Shown here in pieces: positions 38,808-48,973 of a DNA stretch of 64,000 bases. Each line of letters starts with the position of its first letter. Within the stretch, counting starts at the first letter, position 1. A program made the position numbers and the translations under genes. Below the pieces are notes generated by a model that had not been told where the DNA came from, searched no databases, and was given only the letters and a program-made list of their open reading frames with translations. The stretch comes from an uncultured Gemmatimonadales bacterium. GTDB lineage: Bacteria; Gemmatimonadota; Gemmatimonadetes; Longimicrobiales; RSA9. The stretch spans positions 1,696,001-1,760,000 of the forward strand of contig OY970192.1 of the NCBI GenBank assembly GCA_963708135.1, given 5' to 3'.

Positions 38808-39599
38808 TCAGCGCCCGCGCAGCGCCTCCTCGATCGCCCGCTCCGTGAGCGGCGCCATTACCCGATAGCCGGCCTCGTTCGGGTGCACGCCGTCGGTCGT
38901 GAGCTCGCTGCGCAGCCCCTGCCGCTCGTCGGCCATGGCCGAGTGGTAGTCCAGGTAGACCACCGCGTGCGCCGCCGCGTAGTCCTTCATCCATGCGTTC
39001 AGCTCCAGGATCTTCGGCGCCGGCTCGAGCCCCCGCCGCCAGGGGTAGTCGAGGGTGGGCAGCACCGAGGCCAGCACCACCCGGATCCCGTTCGCCCGCG
39101 CCAGCTCGGCCATCGAGGCGAGGTTGTCCTCGATCATCTGCAGCGTGGAGGGCCCGGTGTTGCCGGCGATGTCGTTGGTCCCGGCCAGGATCACCACCAC
39201 CTTCGGCCGGAGCGAGATCACGTCCTGGCGGAAGCGCACCAGCATCTGCGGCGTGGTCTGGCCGCTGATGCCGCGGTCGATGTACGGCCTGCCCGGGAAC
39301 TCGGCGGGGAGGTAGCGCGCCCAGGAGTCGAAGATCGAGTTGCCCAGGAAGACGACGCGGTCCTCACCCGGCGCGGGCGGCCCGAGCCGCGCATTCGCCT
39401 CCCGGTAGCGGCCCAGGGACGCCCAGTCGTTCAGCAGCTCCGCCTGCTGCGCCAGCCGCCGCGCGGCGTCCCGGCAGGCGGCGCTCGTCGTGGTGTCCTG
39501 CGCGCGCAGGGCGACGGGAGCGTGGAGCAGCAGACCGCCGGCCACGACGCAGGAGGCGAGCCCTCGCCCGAGGGCTCGGGCGGTGAGCACGAAGGTCAT
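38808..39599 (-). CDS. Secreted SGNH/GDSL hydrolase
   Basis: VFLGNSI, RGISGQTT, AGTNDIA, DGVHPN. Confidence 0.9.
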   Translation of the reverse strand: MTFVLTARALGRGLASCVVAGGLLLHAPVALRAQDTTTSAACRDAARRLAQQAELLNDWASLGRYREANARLGPPAPGEDRVVFLGNSIFDSWARYLPAEFPGRPYIDRGISGQTTPQMLVRFRQDVISLRPKVVVILAGTNDIAGNTGPSTLQMIEDNLASMAELARANGIRVVLASVLPTLDYPWRRGLEPAPKILELNAWMKDYAAAHAVVYLDYHSAMADERQGLRSELTTDGVHPNEAGYRVMAPLTERAIEEALRGR

Positions 39600-40168
39600 C
39601 GCGGATCCTTTCCCGGTCGGTGAGTGGGTGCATGCATCGGTGGACAGGGCGGCCGAGTACTGGGACCCGGGCCCCTCCGGGATCCTGGCGGGGCCCCGCT
39701 CACGTGTGCCCCTCTCGTTCTCGCGCACGCTGATGGCGGGGACCAGGTCCTCGAACGGCGCGGAATCGGTGTTCTGCTTCGCGGTCGACTGGAACCATGG
39801 GGCGTTTGGGGGCAAGGTACGGGTTGGGGGACCTGATCGGAAATGGGGCGCGCCGCCGGCCTGCAGCGGACGGAACCTGGATGCTCCCTTCGCCTACCTG
39901 CCCGAGATCCGGCGCGACAGCCGAGCCCGCCGCCGAGGGTGCCCAGGACGGCGGTCCCGGCGCTCGGCCGGTTTTTTCGACCCGAGGACGGCGACGCGGA
40001 GCCGAAGAGCCCCGCCCGCGCCGCGGAGACGCGCGGCGATGCCATCGCGGTCGCGCAACGGCTGGTGGACAGGTACCGCTCGTCCCTGCCATGACCGGAG
40101 CGCCGCGTTGGCGAGTGCGCGAGAGGACGACGCCGCCTTCCGGCCCGAGCCATGCAGCCCCACCCCGC

Positions 40169-41425
40169 GTGAAACCGCTTCTGCACTGGCTCCAGAGCTG
40201 GGGCTACGTCGGGTTGGCGCTCGGGGTACTGCTCGAGAGCATGGGCCTGCCGGTCCCGGGCGAGACCGCACTGCTCGTGGCCGCCTTCGCCGCCGCGAAC
40301 GGCTCCCTCGAGCTGCCGATCGTGATCGCCGTGGCGGCCGGCGCCGGCATCGTCGGGGACAACCTCGGCTACCTGCTCGGCCGCCGGCTCGGGCGCGAGT
40401 GGATCCAGCGCCACGGGCACCGCGTCTTCCTGCCGCCGGAGCGCCTCGCGCAGGTGGAGCGCTTCTTCGACCGCTTTGGCGCCGCGGCCGTGGCGCTCGC
40501 GCGCTTCGTGACCGGCGTGCGCGTCGTCGCCGCGTTCAGCGCCGGTGTCAGCAAGCTGCCGTGGCGGACGTTCCTCCCGTTCAATGTCCTCGGCGCGGCC
40601 GCCTGGGCCACGGCCATCGGCCTGCTCGGCTACGCGGCGGGCCGCGGCTCCGCCGCGTTCGGGCTGAAGCCGTGGATGTTCGGCGCGCTGGTCGCCGGCG
40701 CAGTCGCGCTGGTGGTGGTTATCGCCTTCCTCCGCCGCCGGTTCCAGGGACCCCTGGAGGAATGGCTGGAGCAGAGCGGGCTGGGCCGGCTGGTGTGGTG
40801 GGAGCTGTGGATCCTCGGCCTCAGCGTGGCCGGGCTCGTGCTCTTCGCCAAGATCGCGGAAGACGTGACGCAGTCGGAGTCCCGCGCGTTCGACGACGGA
40901 GTCCGCCACTGGCTCCTCGCCCACCACTCCGCTCCGCTCGCGCACCTGGCAACCGCCGTGAGCTGGCTCGGCTCCACGCTCGTGGTGGTGCCCCTCACCG
41001 TGGTGGTCGCGCTCCTCTTCTGGCTCCGCTATCGCCGCACCGCACCCGCCGCCGTGCTCCTCGCCGCCCTGCTCGGCTCGGCGCTGTTCCTCGGCCTCAA
41101 GGTGGCCTTTCAGCGCGGCTATCCAGGGGCACCGCCGATCGGCCCGGCCCCCCACTACAGCTTTCCCAGCGGCCATGCGACGACCATCACGGCAGCCGCC
41201 GTGACCACCGCCTACATCCTCGTCCGGCAGCGCCTCGTGCGCTGGGTCCCCGCTGCCCTCGCGGCGCTGCTTCTGGCCCTCGTCGTCGGCCTGGCGCGCG
41301 TCTACCTCGACCACTCCCGCGCCTCCGACGTGATCGGCGGATGGGCCGTCGGCCTGTTCGTCTCCGCCGTGGCCGGGACCGTGTACGAGAAGCTGCGGCG
41401 CCGCTCCCTGCACCGTGACCCTTGA
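40169..41425 (+). CDS. Bifunctional DedA/PAP2 membrane protein
   Basis: ESMGLPVPGE, GDNLGY, ARF (DedA); YSFPSGH, ARVYL..SDVIGG (PAP2, partly divergent). Confidence 0.88.
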   Translation: MKPLLHWLQSWGYVGLALGVLLESMGLPVPGETALLVAAFAAANGSLELPIVIAVAAGAGIVGDNLGYLLGRRLGREWIQRHGHRVFLPPERLAQVERFFDRFGAAAVALARFVTGVRVVAAFSAGVSKLPWRTFLPFNVLGAAAWATAIGLLGYAAGRGSAAFGLKPWMFGALVAGAVALVVVIAFLRRRFQGPLEEWLEQSGLGRLVWWELWILGLSVAGLVLFAKIAEDVTQSESRAFDDGVRHWLLAHHSAPLAHLATAVSWLGSTLVVVPLTVVVALLFWLRYRRTAPAAVLLAALLGSALFLGLKVAFQRGYPGAPPIGPAPHYSFPSGHATTITAAAVTTAYILVRQRLVRWVPAALAALLLALVVGLARVYLDHSRASDVIGGWAVGLFVSAVAGTVYEKLRRRSLHRDP

Positions 41426-41604
41426 CCCGCCGATGCCGCTCCATCCATCCTACCGATCGTACCCGAAAGGTCATTTGATTCCCCATCCCTCCCCCCGGCC
41501 CGCTCGTTTCGGTGGCGCGGTAGCGCTCGCCCCGCACCGGCGGATGCGACGCGGCGCGTGACACCCACGTGCCTGCGGGTCGCCATTCACGACGGAGCAT
41601 GTTC

Positions 41605-42141
41605 ATGAGCGGTCACGGATGGCAATGGGCGCTGTGGCTCGGAACCCTGGCGGCGGCGATCGTCGCCGGCGGGTGCGCGCCGCAGCGCGCCTCGGCCGGG
41701 CTCGACGGATCCCCCGACACCGCCGCGGTTGCGGCGGTTCTCGATTCACTGCATCACGACGCGTCGGTGGCCGACGAGGCCGCCTACTTCGGCCTGTTCG
41801 CCCCCGACGGCGTCTTTCTCGGCACCGACGCCACGGAGCGCTGGACCGTGCCCGCGTTCCGGGCCTATGCCCACCCGATCTTCCAGCAGGGGCGGGGGTG
41901 GACGTACGTGGTCAGGCCGGGCACGCGCCACATCGCCTTCGATCCCGGCGGCACCGTGGCCTGGTTCGACGAGCTCCTCGACAACGCGAGCTACGGCGAG
42001 ACGCGCGGAACCGGTGTGCTCCGGCGGGTGGACGGAGCCTGGAAGATCGCCCAGTACCATCTGACGATCCCGGTGCCGAACGCGCTCGCGGACACCGTGG
42101 TGCGGCTGATCCGGTCGCAGCCGCAGCATGGGCGGCGATGA
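41605..42141 (+). CDS. SnoaL/NTF2-like lipoprotein
   Basis: AGGC lipobox, FLGTDATERW, AWFDELL, WKIAQYHL. Confidence 0.85.
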   Translation: MSGHGWQWALWLGTLAAAIVAGGCAPQRASAGLDGSPDTAAVAAVLDSLHHDASVADEAAYFGLFAPDGVFLGTDATERWTVPAFRAYAHPIFQQGRGWTYVVRPGTRHIAFDPGGTVAWFDELLDNASYGETRGTGVLRRVDGAWKIAQYHLTIPVPNALADTVVRLIRSQPQHGRR

Positions 42142-44789
42142 TTGACGCGTCCGCTCGGCTCGCCGAGGCGCTGGCCGGTGCCTACCGGATCGAGCGCGAG
42201 CTCGGCGCGGGCGGGATGGCCACGGTGTATCTGGCCTACGACCTTCGCCATGACCGGAACGTGGCGATCAAGGTGCTGCGGCCAGAGCTCGCCGCGGTGC
42301 TCGGCGCCGAGCGTTTCCTGGCCGAGATCAGGACCACCGCCAACCTGCAGCATCCGCACATCCTGCCGCTCTTCGATTCGGGCGCCATCGGAGAGTCGGG
42401 CGTCTTCTACGTCATGCCGTACGTCGAGGGCGAGTCGCTCCGCGACCGCCTCGACCGCGAGCGGCAGCTGCCGGTAGAGGACGCCGTCCGCATCGCCGGC
42501 GAGGTCGCCGGCGCGCTCGACTACGCGCACCGGCACGGCGTCGTGCATCGCGACATCAAGCCCGAGAACATCCTCCTGCACGACGGGAGCGCCCTGGTTG
42601 CCGACTTCGGGATTGCGCTCGCCATGAGCCGCTCCGACGGCGCCGCCCGGATGACCGAGACGGGATTGAGTCTCGGCACGCCGTTCTACATGAGCCCGGA
42701 GCAGGCAATGGGTGAGCGCGAGATCGGGCCGCGCTCGGATGTGTACGCGCTCGGTGCGGTCACCTACGAGATGCTCTCGGGGGAGCCGCCGTTCACCGGA
42801 CCGACCGCGCAGGCCATCGTGGCGCGAGTCATGACCGAGGAGCCGCGCTCGCTAACACTGCAGCGCAAGTCGGTGCCGCCGCACCTGGAAGCGGCGGTGA
42901 TGAAGGCGCTGGAGAAGCTCCCCGCCGACCGCTTCGCCAGTGCGTCGCAGCTCGCGGAGTCGCTCAGCCATGCGACGTCGGCATGGGCTGCCCCGCATCG
43001 GCCGGGCAGCCGGCGCTGGCTCGCCGCCGCGCCGTGGGGGGTTGCGGTCGCTGCGACGGCGCTCGCCGCTGCGGCATGGCTCCACCGGCCTCGGCCGCGC
43101 GGCACCTCGTGGGCGTACGCGCAGCTCACCGACAGCATTCCCATCACCACCGACATTCCGTCGCTCGCGCTCTCTCCGGATGGACAGGAGCTCGCCGTCA
43201 AGGACAACCGCCAGGACGGGCTGATCTGGATCAAGCGCCGCGACCAGCTCGAGCCGACGCCGATTCCGGGCACCGAACGGGGTTCGGGCATGGCCTTCTC
43301 CCCTGATGGCGACTGGATCGCCTTCATCGCCGACAGCCATGTCCGGAAGATTCGCGTCAGCGGCGGCCCGGCAGTCACTCTCGCAGACTCGGCGGCGTCC
43401 GCGGACCTCCACAATGTGGCGTGGCTCGGCGACAGCGCGCTTGTGTACGCCAGCGGCCTGCCCGAGCGGCTGATGCGGATCGGTGCCGACGGCGGAGCGC
43501 CCTCTGTGGTCATGGCCGACTCATCGCTCCACGGTTTCGGACTCGTTAACCTCGAGCCGCTGCCCGACGCCCGTGGCGTGCTGTTCGCGGCTCCGGCACC
43601 GGGGGGATTGGTCGGCGTGCACGTGCTCGACCTCGGGACCCGCCGCCAGAAGCTGCTGGTCGCGGATGCAGTGGCGGCGTGGTATCTGCCCACCGGGGAC
43701 CTGCTCTACCTCCGAGCCGACGGAACCGGCTTGGCCGTGCCCTTCGACCTGCGCAAGCTGGCGATCACCGGTCCGGCCGTGCCCGTGCTGCAGAATATCT
43801 TCTACCGCGGCGCCGGCAGCGCACTGCTGGCGGTATCGCCGTCGGGAACGCTCGCGTATCTGCGCGCCACGGGCGCTCCGAACAATGACCGGGTCGTTCG
43901 GGTCAGGCGCGACGGAACTGCCGCACCGGTGGACCCGGCGTGGTTCGGGGCCTTCGACGCCTCGGCGCTCTCGCCCGACGGCCGACAACTGGCAATCGGC
44001 GCCATCAGCGGCGTGGATACCCGCAGCATCTGGATCAAGCAGCTCGACCACGGAACCTTCAGCCGCCTCACCTTCAGCGGACGCGACCGGCGCCCCGCGT
44101 GGTCACCCGACGGGAAGCTCGTCAGCTTCGTACGGGACGCCTACAACGGCGGCGACGTCTACGCCCGTGCCGCCGACGGCAGCGGCACCGATCGCAGACT
44201 GGGTCACATCGACCGCGCCATTCAGGAGCTAGCCTGGTCTCCCGATGGCCGCTGGCTGGTCGTTCGTACCGATAACGGTGAAGCCGGCGTGGGAGACCTG
44301 GTCGCCGTTCCCGTCGGCGGCAACGGCGAGCCCGTGCCGCTGGTGGCGACCGGCTTCTCCGAGCTCGAGCCCGCGGTGTCACCCGACTCGAGGTGGATCG
44401 CCTACGTCTCCAACGAGTCGGGCTCGAACGAGGTCTACGTCCGCGGGTTTCCGGATGTGTCCGGCGGGCGCTGGCAGGTCTCCAACGGCGGTGGGATCGG
44501 GCCGCGCTGGTCCCCGGACGGAAGAGAGCTCTTCTATCTCGATCCCGCCAACAGGCGACTCGTTGCGGCGGAGGTCCGGACCGCACCTGCCTTTGCGGTG
44601 GTCGGTCTTCACCCGCTGTTCGACATCTCGGGCTTCATCATCGATCCGTTTCACCCGTCCTACGACGTCGAACCGGGCGCTCGCTCCTTCCTCTTCATTC
44701 GCCAGCGTGGTGCCAGCGGCTCCACGACGCCCCGGCTGGTCATGGCCGAAAACTGGTTCGCGGACGTGCGGGCACGAATGAGGCGCTGA
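42138..44789 (+). CDS. Hanks-type Ser/Thr kinase with TM and PD40/TolB-like beta-propeller
   Basis: GAGGMATVY, VAIK, HRDIKPEN, DFG, GTPFYMSPE; repeated SPDG motifs. Confidence 0.93.
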   Translation: MIDASARLAEALAGAYRIERELGAGGMATVYLAYDLRHDRNVAIKVLRPELAAVLGAERFLAEIRTTANLQHPHILPLFDSGAIGESGVFYVMPYVEGESLRDRLDRERQLPVEDAVRIAGEVAGALDYAHRHGVVHRDIKPENILLHDGSALVADFGIALAMSRSDGAARMTETGLSLGTPFYMSPEQAMGEREIGPRSDVYALGAVTYEMLSGEPPFTGPTAQAIVARVMTEEPRSLTLQRKSVPPHLEAAVMKALEKLPADRFASASQLAESLSHATSAWAAPHRPGSRRWLAAAPWGVAVAATALAAAAWLHRPRPRGTSWAYAQLTDSIPITTDIPSLALSPDGQELAVKDNRQDGLIWIKRRDQLEPTPIPGTERGSGMAFSPDGDWIAFIADSHVRKIRVSGGPAVTLADSAASADLHNVAWLGDSALVYASGLPERLMRIGADGGAPSVVMADSSLHGFGLVNLEPLPDARGVLFAAPAPGGLVGVHVLDLGTRRQKLLVADAVAAWYLPTGDLLYLRADGTGLAVPFDLRKLAITGPAVPVLQNIFYRGAGSALLAVSPSGTLAYLRATGAPNNDRVVRVRRDGTAAPVDPAWFGAFDASALSPDGRQLAIGAISGVDTRSIWIKQLDHGTFSRLTFSGRDRRPAWSPDGKLVSFVRDAYNGGDVYARAADGSGTDRRLGHIDRAIQELAWSPDGRWLVVRTDNGEAGVGDLVAVPVGGNGEPVPLVATGFSELEPAVSPDSRWIAYVSNESGSNEVYVRGFPDVSGGRWQVSNGGGIGPRWSPDGRELFYLDPANRRLVAAEVRTAPAFAVVGLHPLFDISGFIIDPFHPSYDVEPGARSFLFIRQRGASGSTTPRLVMAENWFADVRARMRR

Positions 44790-44928
44790 GCGGGGTTTCT
44801 CCGCCGGGCTGCGAAGTTGACCTGCCGGATGCGGGGGTCTACTCTGGGACGGGACCTCGTATCCGGCCCGGGAGGTGGTGCGCCGCCGTGGCGAGGTCTG
44901 GAGGCACTGACGTACGGACCGGTGAGTC

Positions 44929-46300
44929 ATGGTCACGAATCCCCCCATCCACCCCCGCTCTCCAGGACGGCTCCGACGCGCTTCGCGAGGGCGAGTGGGA
45001 CCGGGCCCGCTCCGCCTTTCGTGTCGAGATCGCGGATTCGCCCGGGCGCGCGGAAGCGTGGGAGGGTCTGGGCACCGCCTGCTACTGGCTCCAGCGCTCC
45101 GACGAGCTCCTCGGGGCGCGACGCGAGGCGTATCGCCTCTACTGCGCTCGCCGCGATTACCGTTCGGCCGCCCGGTTGGCGGCCCTGCTCGCCGGGGCGT
45201 TGCTGGAGTTCCGCGCGGAGTCGGCCGTTGCGGGCGCCTGGATCGAGCGTGCCCTCCAGCTCGTGGAGGGACTCGAGCCCTCGGTCCAGCGCACGTTCGT
45301 CAAGGCGATGCAGACGCACTTCGCGCTGATGGTATGGAACGACCCGGCCGCGGCGCTCTCGGCGGCAGGTGAGGCGCGCGAGATCGCCCACGGCGTCGGC
45401 GCTACCGACACCGAGATCCTGGCCCGCGCCAGCGAGGCGCTCGCGCTCGTCGCCACCGGCGGGATCGCCGACGGGCTGCACCGCCTCGATGCGGCCGCCG
45501 TCGCCGCGCTCGGCGGCGAGATGGCGGATCCGCACGCGATGAGCATCACCTGCTGCTACCTCATCGAGGGGTGCGACCGCGTGCGCGACCTGCCCCGCGC
45601 CGACGAGTGGTGCCGGCGCTTCCGCGAGCTCTGCGCCCGCAGGGGGCTCGGGAAGTTCCTCTCCTTCTGCCGCGTCCAGTACGCCACCCTCCTGATCTGG
45701 CAGGGCCGGTGGGCCGAGGCGGAGGCCGAGCTCGAGGCGCCCGTGCGGATGTCGAGCGTGCACGGCCCACGGCCCGCGCCGGTGTGTTGGTACGGCTGGG
45801 AGAGCTGCGGCGGCGCCAGGGTCGCCGGGAGGAGGCCGACGCGTTCTTCCGGGAGGCGGGCAGCCACTCGCGCGCCGCGCTCTACCGCGCGCACCTCGCG
45901 CTCGAGCGCGGCGACGCCGCGACCGCCGAGGACCTCGCCGCGCAGGCGCTCCGCCGGGCCGGCGACGTGAACGCCGCGGTGCGCGCGGACGCGCTCGTGC
46001 TGCTCGTCCTCTCGCGCGCCGTGCGCGGCGACGCGGAAGCCGCCGGGGAGGCGCAGCGGGAGCTCGATCGGCTCGCCGTCGGGGTGGACACCCAGCCCGT
46101 CCGCGCCGGTGCGCTCCTGGCCGGCGGGGTGCTCGCGCGGGAGTGCGGTGCCAGCGCCGAAGCTCGGCGGATGCTACAGGACGCGGCCGATCTCTACGAG
46201 CAGGCGGCGCTACCGTTCGAGGCCGCGAGCGCTCGACTCGAGCTCGCGCGCGCACTCGACCGGCGGGGGGCGGCCGCGGCGCAGGCGCAGGCGGCGCTCG
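44929..46300 (+). pseudogene. MalT/LuxR-type TPR regulator, frameshifted and lacking the C-terminal HTH
   Basis: TPR-like helices over three frames (shifts near 44945 and 45740); no LuxR HTH follows. Confidence 0.6.
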
Positions 46301-46467
46301 CACCGTGCGAGCGACGGCATGTTCGCGATCGAGAAGCCGTACGTGACCTGCCCGGCCGGCTAACGGATCCGGACGGCCGCGTTCACCATTCGAGACCAGC
46401 ACGACCTCGAGAGCCCGCGCTCCGACTGAGCGGTGGCCCGGTGGGAACAGACGGCAAGGAGGGAGCG

Positions 46468-47304
46468 ATGCAGGAGCTGGACGGACGCGCACAGTGGGAG
46501 AGTGCCGCCCCGGGCTGGGCGCGCTGGGAGGAGACCATCGCGGCCTGGATGGGACCGGCTACGGAGGCCATGCTCGCGATGGCCGGGGTCACGGCGGAGG
46601 TCCGGGTGCTGGACCTCGCCTGCGGCGCCGGAAGCCAGACTCTGGAGGCCGCCCGCCGCGCGGGCCCGCACGGACACGTGGTCGCGAGCGACCTCGCCAG
46701 GACCATGCTGCACCACGTCCGGGAGAGCGCCCGCGCGGCCGGTCTGGACAACGTCAGCACCGTGGCCGGCGCCGCCGAGGAGCTGGAGCTGCCGGGCGGG
46801 AGCTTCGATGCCGTGATCTGTCGGCTCGGCCTCATGCTCTTCGCCGACCCTGCCGCGGCGCTGCGCGCCGCGCGCCTCGCGCTGCGGCCCGGCGGGCGGC
46901 TCGCGGTGGTCGTCTTCACCACTCCCTCCGCGAACCCGTTCATGGCCAGGTCCATGGAGGTGCTGCTGCGCCACGCCGGCAAAACGCCACCGGCACCGGG
47001 ACAGCCCGGGATCCTCGCCCTCGGCGGGCCCGGCGCGATCGAGAGCCTGCTCGGCGGCAGCGGCTTCGTGGACGTCGAGCGGCGAGCCCTGGCGGTGCCG
47101 TTGAGGATGCCCTCGGCCGCGCGGGCGCTGGCGATGATGCAGGACGCCTTCGGGGCCTATCGAGCCGTGCTCGCCGATTGCGACGAGGCGGTGCGGACGG
47201 CCGCCTGGGCCGAAGTGGAGGAGCTGCTCCGGAGCTTCGAGACGCCGGCGGGCTTCTCGGCGCCCGCCGAGGTTGTGGTGGCTGCGGGTGTCCGACCCGC
47301 GTGA
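46468..47304 (+). CDS. Class I SAM-dependent methyltransferase
   Basis: RBS AAGGAGG, VLDLACGAG, SFDAVICRLGLM, LRPGGRL. Confidence 0.9.
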   Translation: MQELDGRAQWESAAPGWARWEETIAAWMGPATEAMLAMAGVTAEVRVLDLACGAGSQTLEAARRAGPHGHVVASDLARTMLHHVRESARAAGLDNVSTVAGAAEELELPGGSFDAVICRLGLMLFADPAAALRAARLALRPGGRLAVVVFTTPSANPFMARSMEVLLRHAGKTPPAPGQPGILALGGPGAIESLLGGSGFVDVERRALAVPLRMPSAARALAMMQDAFGAYRAVLADCDEAVRTAAWAEVEELLRSFETPAGFSAPAEVVVAAGVRPA

Positions 47305-47466
47305 CAGGGGGGCCTGCGGCGAATGCCGAGTCCACACACCCGAAGATCCACTCGCACGAGACCGCGCGAGGCCTGGCGCCCCGGCCCCGAGTGAATCCGT
47401 CGCGCGCTCTCCGCGCTGAATCGGCCGCGCGCCGTCCGCGCCGGCACTGCGGGCCAGCGGGAGCAG

Positions 47467-47640
47467 GAAAGTCCCCACGCCCGGCCATGGAATGGACGCC
47501 TGGGGACTTGACTGCGAATAGCGCGGCAAAGTCCCCAATCGTTCCCCTGGATCTGCGGCCCGTGGGGAGTTGACGACGAATAGCGCGGTGAACTCCCCAA
47601 CCGCCTCCGCGCCCGGCTGCGGCTGGGGAGTTCACCGCGG
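47467..47640. repeat. Short array of ~37-bp palindromic repeats with ~24-bp variable spacers
   Basis: TGGGGACTTGACTGCGAATAGCGCGGCAAAGTCCCCA and TGGGGAGTTGACGACGAATAGCGCGGTGAACTCCCCA, plus a half copy on each side. Confidence 0.7.
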
Positions 47641-47699
47641 CCAACGCACGCAGCTGCCGGCGCCCGCGACCGGGGGCACCGGGCAGGGCGGCGGCGCAG

Positions 47700-47975
47700 C
47701 AGGCGCTCCCGGTACACCCCGAGTGTTCCCGATTCGGAGGCGACGTACAGCCGCGCGAGCCCCGCATCCCACGCCAGCACGTCCGGGCCCTTGCCGACCC
47801 CGTGGCTCTGCAGCACGCGCACGGTCCGCAGATCGACCACGAGGAGCGTCGCGCTGGCTTCGTTCGCCACGAGCAGCAGGCGCTGCGCCGGATCGAGCGC
47901 GAGCCCGTGCGGGTGGTCCGCGCCCGGGAGGCGGTCGCGGCGGACGACGCGGTCGGTGGCGGGATCGATCGCCAC
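47700..47975 (-). pseudogene. Fragment of YncE/YVTN beta-propeller gene
   Basis: AIDPATDRVV...HPHGLALD...VGKGPDVLAWD...LYVASESG; no 5' part. Confidence 0.6.
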
Positions 47976-47977
47976 GA

Positions 47978-48112
47978 GGCGTGGCGCCGGAGGATCCGCT
48001 CACCCTCGGCGGCGCGGCGCTGGTGCTGGCCGGCGTCGCGCTGCTCGCCTCCTGGCTGCCAGCGTACCGCGCGGCGCGGGTGGATCCGCTGACGGCGCTG
48101 CGGATGGAGTAG
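47978..48112 (+). pseudogene. 3' terminal fragment of an ADOP permease
   Basis: GVAPEDPLT...LASWLPAYRAARVDPLTALRME*, paralogous to the end of 32910..35537. Confidence 0.75.
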
Positions 48113-48409
48113 TGCGGCTTCCCGTCGAAGGGCGTTCAGCCCTCGGACCCCCATTGGCGGGAGGCCGACCAGGCCCGGCATCGGAGCACCTCCTCGCGCT
48201 CCGCGAAGAGATCCGCGTCGATCGTGGCCGATCGCCACCCGTCTCAATCCGCGCCCCGATCTGCTCGGGCCAGGCGACACGCATCGGCGAACGAGACCAG
48301 CAGGCGCGGTCCGCAGCAGGCCCACGCTACTCGCGGCGAGCGCCAGGCCCAGGGCTCCGCCGCCGCCCGTCAACAGCAGGACGTTCAGGCGTCTCGACGT
48401 GTGACGCGG

Positions 48410-48796
48410 CTACTGCATCGAGCAGCTGGACGCCATGGCATTCCCCTCGAGATCGAGGCGCAGGGCGGATCCGGGCCGGATCTCGGGGCAGGACATGACG
48501 CGCTCGGGCCCGCCGCCGAGGGGATGGACGAGGAGCTGAACGCCCCATCGGCTGAGCACTCCGGGCGGAATGACGAAATCGCGGTTGCTGGCGCGCATGA
48601 TGGTGCCGAGGCGGGCGCGGGCGCCGACCGCGTTGACGGCGTAGACGGCCATGTCCTCGGGCGCGTCGTTGCGGACGGCGACCGTGGTGCGGGCGTGCTG
48701 CAGCGAGGGTGCGGTCCACGGGTCCCGGGAGGACGCGCAGGCGGCGCTCGCGACCGCGAGGAGGGAGACGACGCCCTGAATGATCCTGCGGCACAT
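48410..48796 (-). CDS. Small hypothetical lipoprotein
   Basis: RBS GGAGG, SAAC lipobox, VAVRN...MAVYAV; divergent from the BTAD regulator. Confidence 0.7.
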   Translation of the reverse strand: MCRRIIQGVVSLLAVASAACASSRDPWTAPSLQHARTTVAVRNDAPEDMAVYAVNAVGARARLGTIMRASNRDFVIPPGVLSRWGVQLLVHPLGGGPERVMSCPEIRPGSALRLDLEGNAMASSCSMQ

Positions 48797-48881
48797 GATC
48801 GAGCCTCCAGTCAGCCGGCCGAAAGGGGCCGCGGGGCGCCACCCGTTGTGGCCGCCATACTCCCGTGGCGTGAACGGTGGC

Positions 48882-48935
48882 ATATTAGGGAGGCGCCGTA
48901 GACCCGCCGTTGCACCGGTCGTTACCTGGCCGTTC
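48882..48935 (-). promoter_or_regulatory. SARP-type direct-repeat operator plus -10
   Basis: AACGG/AACGA/AACGG/TACGG at 11-12-11 bp spacing, then 8 bp, then TAATAT (minus strand). Confidence 0.55.
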
Positions 48936-48973
48936 GGCGCGGTCGAGACGGCTTCTCCGAGGCGTTGCAAGCG

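Noticed and set aside
39990..40094. Possible C-terminal relic of a glycoside hydrolase (ETRGDAIAVAQRLVDRY)
   Set aside because: Too short to support without a search.
47467..47640. CRISPR array
   Set aside because: Only two full, non-identical repeats, short spacers and no cas genes; kept as a REP-like array.
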